From: a virus
Lineage: Duplodnaviria > Caudoviricetes
Strand: one strand, 5' to 3'
IMG/VR virus record: IMGVR_UViG_3300030090_003604
Coordinates: 1-55,513 of that record
Length of the DNA stretch: 55,513 bases
The position numbers were made by a program, and so were the translations under genes. Below the pieces are notes generated by a model, which was not told the DNA's origin, did no database searches, and saw nothing but the letters and a program-made list of their open reading frames with translations. Within the stretch, counting starts at the first letter, position 1; each line of letters starts with the position of its first letter. Below are positions 25,326 through 34,404 of this stretch, one piece after another.

Positions 25326-25452
25326 GATAAAAGATGCGTTTTTAAAGGCTTTAGTACCTGTTACTATTATAACCTTTACAGGAATTATGGCTTTAGCTCC
25401 TTTATATGTAACTTTAGGAGTTATGACAAAACAAATAAATAAAACACAATGA
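25324..25452 (+). CDS. Small membrane protein (42 aa; start revised to MIKDAF)
   Basis: PVTIITFTGIMALAPLYVTLG hydrophobic helix. Confidence 0.55.
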   Translation: MIKDAFLKALVPVTIITFTGIMALAPLYVTLGVMTKQINKTQ

Positions 25453-25460
25453 AAAAATTA

Positions 25461-25982
25461 TTACAGTTTTACTAACATATTAATCATATAACCTCCAGCT
25501 ATAAGTCTTGTTCTGGTATTAGTACCACCACCATTACTTCTGTATTCTATTCGTACTTCTACAGTATCATTAGCACTTAAACCTGTTAAGTAACTATTGT
25601 TAAAAGTAACTTTGAAAGGGTCAGACTCATTTCTGTTACTTACACCTGATTCAAATCGGCTTATCCAAAAATAATGTTCTGAGCCGTTTTTCATAACTCT
25701 ACCTTGATAATTTGTATGAGTTTGGTTACTTGTTCTTTGAAATGTATAATTAAAACTATGTACTAAAATATAATCTCCAGCCTCTGGAACAGTAAAAGTT
25801 GTAGTTTGACCAGTTGGTATCGTATACCCTGTACTGGGGCTTGTTAATTGAGAGGCGTTTCTAACCCATTTTAATCCTTTAAGATTACCACCTCCAGGTA
25901 ATCCTGTAAGGGATGAACCATCAATAGCTGGTAAGCTTGCAAAAGTTGTGATGGAAGAACCATCTCCAAAATGTAAAGTCAT
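25461..25982 (-). CDS. Tail-fibre-associated / receptor-binding-like protein
   Basis: LHFGDGS, LPAIDGSSLTGL fibre motifs followed by a beta-rich domain. Confidence 0.55.
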   Translation of the reverse strand: MTLHFGDGSSITTFASLPAIDGSSLTGLPGGGNLKGLKWVRNASQLTSPSTGYTIPTGQTTTFTVPEAGDYILVHSFNYTFQRTSNQTHTNYQGRVMKNGSEHYFWISRFESGVSNRNESDPFKVTFNNSYLTGLSANDTVEVRIEYRSNGGGTNTRTRLIAGGYMINMLVKL

Positions 25983-26413
25983 TATTCTGAAGGAGTAGGG
26001 GTTTCAGTAGGCTGTGCCGAGTAAGATGTATCAGCAGCAGCAATATCAAAATTTTCAACATCCCCTTGATATCCACCGAGGGAGTTTTGCTCATATTCTA
26101 TGACTTTTTCGTTATGACTATCAATAGCATTTTGTACAAGTTTTTCAATTATTGCTACTTTATAATCCGTAAATATAGTTTTCATCCAACCTACAACAAT
26201 AGCTTCACCATCTTCTTTTTTTAAATCATCTATTGATTTAAAATCTGATCCAACCGAAGCTTTATTACCTGGTAAAAAAAGACAAGATATTGATACTGCT
26301 TTTGTTACTGAGCCTTCAGTACCAAAAACTTTTGCTGTTGCTTCCGTTATATAGTTGTCATCATTAGGATCTGTCTTTAATGAATCAACTTTCCAAGTAA
26401 ATGTAGTTGCCAT
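25982..26413 (-). CDS. Tail fibre accessory/chaperone, copy 2
   Basis: Paralogue of 26413-26796; downstream of the main fibre. Confidence 0.6.
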   Translation of the reverse strand: MATTFTWKVDSLKTDPNDDNYITEATAKVFGTEGSVTKAVSISCLFLPGNKASVGSDFKSIDDLKKEDGEAIVVGWMKTIFTDYKVAIIEKLVQNAIDSHNEKVIEYEQNSLGGYQGDVENFDIAAADTSYSAQPTETPTPSE

Positions 26414-26796
26414 TATTCTGAAGGAGTAGGTGTTTCAGTAGGTTGTGCCGAATAAGAAGTATCAGCAGCTTTAACAGTAGTTTCTATAACTTTTGAATTA
26501 TGTATATCAATAGCGTTTTGTATAGTTTTTTCAATCTTTGCTACTTTATAATCCATAATTCCAACTTTTATCCAACCTATAATAATACTTTCGCCATCTT
26601 CTTTCTTTAAATCTTCTAATGATTTAAAATCAGATCCAACAGAAGCTTTATTGCCAGGAAAAATACAAGATACTGTAGCTGCTTTTGTAACTGATCCTTC
26701 CGTACCGAAAACTTTTGCTGTAGCCTCAGTAATGTAATTGTCGTCATTTGGATCAGTTTTTAAAGAGTCAACTTTCCAAGTAAAAGTAGTAGCCAT
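26413..26796 (-). CDS. Tail fibre accessory/chaperone, copy 1
   Basis: MATTFTWKVDSL...; same N- and C-terminal peptides as its neighbour. Confidence 0.6.
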   Translation of the reverse strand: MATTFTWKVDSLKTDPNDDNYITEATAKVFGTEGSVTKAATVSCIFPGNKASVGSDFKSLEDLKKEDGESIIIGWIKVGIMDYKVAKIEKTIQNAIDIHNSKVIETTVKAADTSYSAQPTETPTPSE

Positions 26797-26820
26797 TGTT
26801 AGTTTTTCTTTTATTATATC

Positions 26821-29800
26821 TTAAACAGGAATCATAGCTATCTTAAATTTTTTGCCAGTTCTGTTATTAATCATAAATATATCTTCTTCCCCTTCTTGTA
26901 ATGTCCAATCACCCCAAGAACCATCAACATCATTTGTTTTACCTTCGTTAGAAAAGTGCATATCGTTTACATATAAGTTTGCAACTCTTAGTGAAGTGCT
27001 ACCTATGTTATAGGTATTATTAGAAGCTGGAACATAATGACCACTTCCATCTATTTTCCACCTATCAGTTGCATTTTCTCTAAAAACAATTCCGTCTGAA
27101 AGACCAGCAATATAAAGCTTATCACCATGTGCTTGAATTTTTCCACCTGTAGTATTCCCCGCCCAGTTTCCGTTAACAAATCTCATATCACTATTGCCTC
27201 CAATAGTTACTGCACCGCCACCGCCAGAAAATGTTAAAGGTTGTGTAGCTGAATCACTTGCATCTGATCTTAAGAAACTGCTCCCATGTATACCATCAAC
27301 TGTGTCGCTATCTAGCCCAGAGCCAGAACCGTCATTATTTTGATGCCAAACCCTATATTTTGCAGCACCCATAGACCAACCACCAACTGCAATGTCGTTG
27401 ATGTCAGCGTCTAGTCCAAAGTAACAAGCATAATCTTGACCAGCGTGAAATGCCATGAACGCATCATTTCCAGCACCAGTATTAAAAACTTCAATAGAGC
27501 CTTGACTTCCAGAGGCCGTTGCTATTGTGTCGTAATTATAAGTTTCATTAGCTCTGAACTCTATTCTTTGTGTTACTTGAAAATCATTAACGTCTGATCT
27601 TATAAAACTGCTTGCTTGTATTCCATCAACTGTATCTGCATCTAGCCCTGACCCAGAGCCGTCATTACCTTCTCTCCAATACTTATCACTTGTTCCACTC
27701 GTATTATGGTATAACTCTCCAGACTCAATTCTTGTGTTCCCATCTCCTTTATTAACTGAAAATATAATACTACCTAAATCTTCATTATTATAAAATCTTA
27801 TTCCGCCATAACTTGGTTGCGCTCCCATTCTTATACCTGTATGCCAACGCAAATCTAATTTGCTATAGTTCCCCCCAAAATTCTCCATATTTGTTCCAAT
27901 ATGGTAGTTATCTGGGTCATTTCCACCTCCAAACAATAAACGAGTGCTTGATACTGAGTTGTAAGCATTATTGCTATAAGTACCACCAATTAACAATTTT
28001 CCTGTAGTGTTGTCATCAGCATCAGACCTTAAGAAACTAGACGCTTGAATACCATCAACGGTGTCAGCATCTAGCCCACTTCCAGAGCCATCATTTCCCT
28101 GTCTCCAATACTTATCGCCAGTACCACTATTACCATGATAAATTTGTCCATCATTTGCAATCCAAGTTTTATCAGTACCGTCTTGTCTAAATTGAACAAT
28201 TCTATCTGAATTACTATTGGAAACAATATACCAACGGTTTGAATGCGCTTGTATTTTTAAAGTTGAAGCACCAGGATTACCTGTCCAATCTGAAGAACCA
28301 TTTGATCTAATGTCTGAACTGGTAATCACTACAGCATTAGCACCACCTGTAAATGTATATTCTCCAGCTAAAACATCATTTTGATCAGACCTTACGAGAT
28401 TAGAAACTTGAACACCATCAACAGTATCCGCATCTAATCCACTACCCGAACCATCATTACGATCTGACCATTGTTTCGCCCAAGTAGTAAAAGTACCATC
28501 ATTATTTCCGCTACCATTCTTATATGTCCTTGAATATAAATGTTCGTTATAGTAACTCATGGATAACTGGAATCCATGATCGTTAGCAGTATTACTATGC
28601 CTTACATTCAACATATTATGCCAACTTGTTCCAGGCATATTTGATGCAGTACTTGATTGATAAAAACCAGATGGTACTGAATTATTAAAATTACTTAATG
28701 TGGAAATTCTGTTAGTACTTTCTAAACCTGTTGAGCCTTTATTCCAATAATAAGACCCTTGCTGTCCATCTAAAGTGTCAGCATCAAGTCCACTACCCGA
28801 TCCGTCATTTCCAGCGTGAAACACCTCATTTGTACCAACATAAAATCCACTATTACCAGCAGTTTGGTCAATAATTACAGCAGTTGAACTTTCAGTTGAA
28901 TCAAAGTGAAAACTATTTCCAGCACTATTTGAGTTTGCATCAGAGTGTTCATATTGAAGGTATCCTCTTTGATTTTGATTACTTTGATCTGAAAATTCAA
29001 TAGTTGCTGAACTTGCATTTGTAGTGTTATGAATTTTTAAGTTTATACCATTTGAACTACCTCTGCTTAATGTTAATACACCACTAGATGTGTCATTTGC
29101 ATCTGATCTTAAGAAACTTCCACTATTAATAGAATCTAAAGTTGTAGCGTTTACGTTGGTTAGTGACGCACCATTACCATTAAAAGCAGTAGCTACGAGT
29201 GTTCCTGTTGATGGATTATAGGACATTCCATCAGCACTATCTGATTGTAATTGAGATGTACCAGTAGCAGCCGACAAGAAAGGAACACGATAAGCAGTAT
29301 TTGTGGTGTTATTGGCAACAGCAGTTACATTAGTCGCTTCCGTTGCTGTAGCTGCGTTTCCTGTTGTGTTTTGGTTAAGTGTAGGAACTCTAGCTGCTGG
29401 TATTGTTCCAGCGTTTAAATTAGATGCGTTTCTGTAGTAAGAACCATGCTGACCATCTAATAAATCACTATCTAAACCACTTCCAGAGCCGTCATTATTA
29501 GAGTGCCAAATTGTGGCGTTTCTCCATAAAATTGTATTGCTCCCACCTGTTATTCGTAAAGTATCAAAAGAACTACCATTCCAAGCTCTTATATCAGTTG
29601 CAACAGCACTACTTCCAGCATTGTTACTTGGATCTTGTGGATAAAAATGTATATAATTTCGAGCAGCTGAATGATAACCTTGATAATAATGACCAGATAA
29701 CTGTAAGTGGGAGTTGGTAAATGTTATTGCTCCAGTAGCTGTATCAGTTGCATCTGACCTTAAGAAACTCGCTTGACTTACACCATCTAACGTGTCAGCA

Positions 29801-32451
29801 TCAAGTCCACTTCCAGAGCCATCATTACCAGAGTGCCAAATTGTATAAAAACTAGAGTTATCAGGTGAGAAAACAAAATTATCTTTTATATGAAGCGTTG
29901 CTGCATCTTCTTGGTTTTGTAACCTTAAGTACCCATCAGGATGCCATTGAATAAATGCTTTATCTGTTGTACCTTCTCTAAATCTTATGTAAGGACTACT
30001 TGAACCTTGTAGTACAATTTTTCCGTTATCCGATCCATCAATAGTTACTGGATATTGATTAGAGCCAATTATTTCTAATGTTTGTTCTTTTGTAATGCGT
30101 AAAACGTCATTAAGAGAATTATTAAATGCTGTTTGGAAAGTTATTTCACCATAACCTCCAGTACCATCACTAAAACCTTTTATTCTTGCTACATCTCTAG
30201 CTTGACCATTTGCATCTACATTTTTAAAATTAATTAAACCACCAGCACTACCAGAAGCAGTACCAGACCTAATAGTTAAATTAGTATCTGTTCCATCAAC
30301 CTGTATACCAGTTGAGGTTGTTTCAAATCTTGCAGTACCCGAATGATGTAATATTACTGCTCCGTCAGCTATACATCTAACACTATTTTGATCAGTTTTT
30401 GCTTGAATAAAAATATTTCCATTAGTGTCTCTAATATATAAATCACCTGTTGTATTAATTAAATATCCAGATGATAGAGATGTGTTCCCAAGTGTTAAAC
30501 TTGTCGTTCCTGTAATAGCTCCAGTTACGTCAAGTCCTTCTAAAGCATTAAGGTTTCTATCTACATTGACTACATTTCCTGACGTTGGAGAAAGAGTTAT
30601 GTTTGTTTTAGCATATATGTGTCCACTATGAACAAACCTTATGTCATAGTCATCTGATGCTGGACTTTTTAAATCAATAAAAGCACCTGTAGAGCCACCT
30701 ATTTCTAAAGTTGCGTAATCATCTGTTGATGTAACTGAAAGACTAGAAGTACCTGACGATCTTTGTATTAGTAAGTTTCCAGTTAACGTACCACCAGCAA
30801 GAGGAAGCTTGGTTGCTATTGAGTTGGTGACAGTAGTTGAGAAATTTGCATCCGCACCCAAAGCATCACTAAGTTCTTTTAATGTATCTAAAGTGCTTGG
30901 TGCTGAATTGACTAGATTTGATACTGCTGTCCTTACATAAGCAGTCGTACTAACTTTAGTTGAGTTATCAGACTGAGCTTGGGTCGTTGCTGTAACTCCG
31001 TTGGTCAATACACCAGAGCTAGAGGTCAAGCCACCAAATAATGTATTTCTAGCTGCAATATCAACTCCATCTACTGTTCCTGTAACTGTGATGTTTCCTG
31101 TTACATCAAGACCAGCACTAACATCTAAATTTCCTATTACATCTACATGATCGCTAACTCTAAATCTTTCAGTACCACCAGCCTGTATTGCAACTGCATC
31201 GGGGTCAGGAAATCTTATTTGTGTATTTGAGTCACCAGTATGTCTTATTATATCTGGAACAATTAAATCACCACCAAAAGTTGTATTACCACCTAACTGT
31301 GTATTACCATCAGAGCCAAACTGGAAACCATATCGGTCAGAGTTATCAATATCTACTATTCTAAAGTTTCCATTATTATTTTCAACAGCAAAATCACTTT
31401 CATTGTTTGTATCATTAAATGTTATTCGTGGGTTAGTGCCACTAATAGTTGCAAGACCTGTGTTAAGAAATCCTGTTGTAGTTATATTCTGAGATCCAAA
31501 ATCAGGAGAAATCTTTGTTCCAGCTATCGCTGCACTTCCATTTATTTCAGTATTAGTAATAGTCGCATCAATTATATGAGAATTTCCTACAGAATTATTA
31601 GCTAACTCATTAGCTGTTATAGAGTCATTTGCAATATGAGTAGAACCTAGTGGACTCCCTGCTATAAGTGATTTAATTTCAGTTACGGTCTGATCTGCGG
31701 TAGCTCCAGATTCTATACCATCAAGTTTTGATCCGTCAGAGGCAACATTTCTTCCATCTACTGTTCCTCCAAGCGTTATATTGCGTTCAACAGCTAAATC
31801 ACCAGTTCCAGAGAGGGTAAGTCTTGTATATGTAGTACCACTTTGGGTAATACTTATGCCAAATATAGTTCCACCATCTAGTCTACCAGAATCACCTAAA
31901 ACAAGATGTTGATTTAGATTTCCCTGTAAATTTTCTATAACGGAAGCGTTATTATAATTTGTTGTAAAACCTCTGATAGCTGTTCCTGACGATACGTTTT
32001 CTTGTGAAATTTGAACATAATTATCATTCGTAATATCTCCTACTTGTAGAGATTTACTCAAATTATCAATTTTTATATCGCCAGTTGTTTCTATATTTTG
32101 CGATCCAAAGTCAGGACTGATCTTAGTTCCAGCTATCGCTGCGTTTGTAGCTACTTTTGCATTAGTTAATATCAGATCGCCTAAATCTTCTGTGTCTATA
32201 GTTCCATCTGCAATCTTGGCAGACGTTACAACCCCATTATCAATAGTAAAAGTATCGCCACTATTGCTGACAGTTATATCTCCTTTGTCTCCATCACTAA
32301 TACCAGAGCCACCTATCTCGGCTACGTTACCATTGTCTTTCTTTGTAAATAATTTACCAGAATCAGTTCTTAGAGCTACTTCTCCTACTACTAAATCACT
32401 AGCACTTGGATCACTCCCAGAACCTCTTTTTAACTTAATGATGTTTGACAT
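26821..32451 (-). CDS. Long modular tail fibre (1876 aa)
   Basis: Mtd-N-like IKLKRGSG...GEVAL...GKLF; APSTLDTLKEL..ALG.D.NFSTTV; 7 NDGSGSGLD.D..DG repeats. Confidence 0.85.
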   Translation of the reverse strand: MSNIIKLKRGSGSDPSASDLVVGEVALRTDSGKLFTKKDNGNVAEIGGSGISDGDKGDITVSNSGDTFTIDNGVVTSAKIADGTIDTEDLGDLILTNAKVATNAAIAGTKISPDFGSQNIETTGDIKIDNLSKSLQVGDITNDNYVQISQENVSSGTAIRGFTTNYNNASVIENLQGNLNQHLVLGDSGRLDGGTIFGISITQSGTTYTRLTLSGTGDLAVERNITLGGTVDGRNVASDGSKLDGIESGATADQTVTEIKSLIAGSPLGSTHIANDSITANELANNSVGNSHIIDATITNTEINGSAAIAGTKISPDFGSQNITTTGFLNTGLATISGTNPRITFNDTNNESDFAVENNNGNFRIVDIDNSDRYGFQFGSDGNTQLGGNTTFGGDLIVPDIIRHTGDSNTQIRFPDPDAVAIQAGGTERFRVSDHVDVIGNLDVSAGLDVTGNITVTGTVDGVDIAARNTLFGGLTSSSGVLTNGVTATTQAQSDNSTKVSTTAYVRTAVSNLVNSAPSTLDTLKELSDALGADANFSTTVTNSIATKLPLAGGTLTGNLLIQRSSGTSSLSVTSTDDYATLEIGGSTGAFIDLKSPASDDYDIRFVHSGHIYAKTNITLSPTSGNVVNVDRNLNALEGLDVTGAITGTTSLTLGNTSLSSGYLINTTGDLYIRDTNGNIFIQAKTDQNSVRCIADGAVILHHSGTARFETTSTGIQVDGTDTNLTIRSGTASGSAGGLINFKNVDANGQARDVARIKGFSDGTGGYGEITFQTAFNNSLNDVLRITKEQTLEIIGSNQYPVTIDGSDNGKIVLQGSSSPYIRFREGTTDKAFIQWHPDGYLRLQNQEDAATLHIKDNFVFSPDNSSFYTIWHSGNDGSGSGLDADTLDGVSQASFLRSDATDTATGAITFTNSHLQLSGHYYQGYHSAARNYIHFYPQDPSNNAGSSAVATDIRAWNGSSFDTLRITGGSNTILWRNATIWHSNNDGSGSGLDSDLLDGQHGSYYRNASNLNAGTIPAARVPTLNQNTTGNAATATEATNVTAVANNTTNTAYRVPFLSAATGTSQLQSDSADGMSYNPSTGTLVATAFNGNGASLTNVNATTLDSINSGSFLRSDANDTSSGVLTLSRGSSNGINLKIHNTTNASSATIEFSDQSNQNQRGYLQYEHSDANSNSAGNSFHFDSTESSTAVIIDQTAGNSGFYVGTNEVFHAGNDGSGSGLDADTLDGQQGSYYWNKGSTGLESTNRISTLSNFNNSVPSGFYQSSTASNMPGTSWHNMLNVRHSNTANDHGFQLSMSYYNEHLYSRTYKNGSGNNDGTFTTWAKQWSDRNDGSGSGLDADTVDGVQVSNLVRSDQNDVLAGEYTFTGGANAVVITSSDIRSNGSSDWTGNPGASTLKIQAHSNRWYIVSNSNSDRIVQFRQDGTDKTWIANDGQIYHGNSGTGDKYWRQGNDGSGSGLDADTVDGIQASSFLRSDADDNTTGKLLIGGTYSNNAYNSVSSTRLLFGGGNDPDNYHIGTNMENFGGNYSKLDLRWHTGIRMGAQPSYGGIRFYNNEDLGSIIFSVNKGDGNTRIESGELYHNTSGTSDKYWREGNDGSGSGLDADTVDGIQASSFIRSDVNDFQVTQRIEFRANETYNYDTIATASGSQGSIEVFNTGAGNDAFMAFHAGQDYACYFGLDADINDIAVGGWSMGAAKYRVWHQNNDGSGSGLDSDTVDGIHGSSFLRSDASDSATQPLTFSGGGGAVTIGGNSDMRFVNGNWAGNTTGGKIQAHGDKLYIAGLSDGIVFRENATDRWKIDGSGHYVPASNNTYNIGSTSLRVANLYVNDMHFSNEGKTNDVDGSWGDWTLQEGEEDIFMINNRTGKKFKIAMIPV

Positions 32452-32482
32452 GATAAAACCTCCTTATAAAAATAGTCAGCTA

Positions 32483-33529
32483 TCAATATGTGCCACCGTC
32501 TATATCAAAACCACTAACAGATCCGTTTTCTAAAAATGTTACTAAATCAGAAAATGCAACTTGAACCATAGTTCCATTATCATTAACAACCATGCGATCA
32601 GCCAAAGCTAAAGTTGTTGCTGTAGCAGATGTTCCACCATCTAAAATATTTATTTCAGAAGTCGTAACTGTCGCACCATCGAGTTTATTCAGTTCAGCAG
32701 TTGTTGTGGTCAAACCATCTAAGATTTGTACTTCTGTTGAAGTTAAGTCAGCCAAACTATTAGCTGTTGTTTGTGCCATTGTCGAAAGCTCTGTGAGCTT
32801 ATCGGTGTGAGGCTCTACGTCTGTGCCAATTACTAGACCGAGGTTTGACCTTGCACCTGATGCTGTGGAACTTCCTGTACCACCGTGGGCTACAGCTATA
32901 TCAGTAGCAGACCAAACACCAGAAGTTAGTGTTCCAACAGATGTCAAACTTGATGCAACAACAGTTGAGCCAAGACCTGTCTTACTAACAACAGATACAC
33001 CATCAATTCTAAAAACCTTACCTGTCGCAAGCTCTAAATTTTCGGATGATGTCCAACTGTCAGTTGAGTCAATCCAATTAAATGTTTTATCAGTAGAACC
33101 TTTTAGAGTAATACCACCTCCAGATGCGCCAGAATCACTTGGAGAGGACGTAGCACCAAGCTCAAGGTTTTTGTCATCCACACTCATGGTGGTACTGTTT
33201 ACAGTTGTAGTTGTACCATTAACTGTTAAATTACCTGTTATAACTAAATTTTGAGTAACAGTAAAACCAGAAACAGAAGCACTACTAATATCAAAACTAC
33301 CTGTAAAAGTTTTATCTCCAGATATTGTTTGTGTTCCTGTTTTATTAACAAAAGCTCCATCACCAGCAATTGCTAAAATTGACGATGCCGAACCTCCCGA
33401 ACCCCCTGTACCCTCTCCGTAGTACAGCGTATTATCAACTTCATTAAAAGCTAATTCTGCATTTTCTAAAGAACTAGGCGCTCCAGCACTACCGCTAGTT
33501 CTTCTTTTTATTCTTACTATGTTGGACAT
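32483..33529 (-). CDS. Tail fibre/adaptor with Mtd-N-like domain
   Basis: VRIKRRTSG..AP..L..AELAFNE; GNLTVNGTTTTVNST; C-terminal DGGTY. Confidence 0.7.
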   Translation of the reverse strand: MSNIVRIKRRTSGSAGAPSSLENAELAFNEVDNTLYYGEGTGGSGGSASSILAIAGDGAFVNKTGTQTISGDKTFTGSFDISSASVSGFTVTQNLVITGNLTVNGTTTTVNSTTMSVDDKNLELGATSSPSDSGASGGGITLKGSTDKTFNWIDSTDSWTSSENLELATGKVFRIDGVSVVSKTGLGSTVVASSLTSVGTLTSGVWSATDIAVAHGGTGSSTASGARSNLGLVIGTDVEPHTDKLTELSTMAQTTANSLADLTSTEVQILDGLTTTTAELNKLDGATVTTSEINILDGGTSATATTLALADRMVVNDNGTMVQVAFSDLVTFLENGSVSGFDIDGGTY

Positions 33530-33568
33530 GACTTTAAATTAGGTAAAGGCTAGTAGTAGCAATGGATT

Positions 33569-33796
33569 TTAAAAATTTCCTCCATCGGTCAATGCCAATG
33601 GAGTAACGGTTGAATCAGCAATGTATTTTCCAGCAGAACTACTGAAACGTACAATGCTTCCATCAACACGATTACTTTCATCTAATTCTAACCCTTTAGC
33701 CCCTTGAGGCCCTGGAGTTATGACAGAAACTACCTTAGTTTCTCCATTAACTTCAATTTTATTTTTTATTGTTGTAACAGAAATCTTAGTACTCAT
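33569..33796 (-). CDS. Small tail-associated protein
   Basis: TPGPQGAKG; C-terminal DGGNF. Confidence 0.6.
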   Translation of the reverse strand: MSTKISVTTIKNKIEVNGETKVVSVITPGPQGAKGLELDESNRVDGSIVRFSSSAGKYIADSTVTPLALTDGGNF

Positions 33797-34143
33797 CTCG
33801 TATATCCTTGACTTACAGTTATTTTACCTTCAATATAATATTCTTTCAAACCGCTTGAGTTTGTTAACAAAACATCATAATAAAGTTCATCAGGGAAATC
33901 TACAGTTTGATCATCTGTTAGAACTAAAGAAAATTTTCCATTGGGTTTATCGTCATAAACAACTCCAAAATCAGCATATTTTACATCTCTTTCTTCATCC
34001 CAAGCTTGAGCAAGAACTGATGAACCTGATAAGTCCATAGGAACTTCAGATCCATCAGTTTGAGTTGACTTAAAAGTATATTGCTCTTTCCAATCCGAGC
34101 CTCTTTGTAATATGAAATTTCGTAAGGCTGGATTGATTGCCAT
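33793..34143 (-). CDS. BppU-N-like fibre attachment protein
   Basis: QRGSDW, PMDLSG, L.LT..QT, YYDVLL, YYIEGKI.V. Confidence 0.65.
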   Translation of the reverse strand: MAINPALRNFILQRGSDWKEQYTFKSTQTDGSEVPMDLSGSSVLAQAWDEERDVKYADFGVVYDDKPNGKFSLVLTDDQTVDFPDELYYDVLLTNSSGLKEYYIEGKITVSQGYTR

Positions 34144-34145
34144 AA

Positions 34146-34364
34146 CTATTCTTCTGATGGGGGTGCTTCGTTTGGAGCGTCTTCTACAGAAGGCTCAATT
34201 TTATTATAAGCCAAGATCTCGCCATTGATAGCATCAACTTGTTTTTCTATTTGTTTTTTTTCAATTTGGATTTGTCTTTCAGCATTTTCAAGCTCTTGAA
34301 ATCTTTTAACAAGTTCTTGGCCTTTAGCTTGTGCCTCTGCTCTTAGATCAGAAATTTGTGACAT
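34146..34364 (-). CDS. Coiled-coil protein (possible fibre chaperone)
   Basis: 72-aa heptad pattern after a fibre gene. Confidence 0.55.
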   Translation of the reverse strand: MSQISDLRAEAQAKGQELVKRFQELENAERQIQIEKKQIEKQVDAINGEILAYNKIEPSVEDAPNEAPPSEE

Positions 34365-34404
34365 AAATAAATTTGTGTATGTTTTTTATTATATCAAAAT
34401 CCTA

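Noticed and set aside
25461-33529. Diversity-generating retroelement suggested by Mtd-like domains and duplicated genes
   Set aside because: No reverse transcriptase; differences between the paralogues are not adenine-specific; the similarity is to the Mtd N-terminus only
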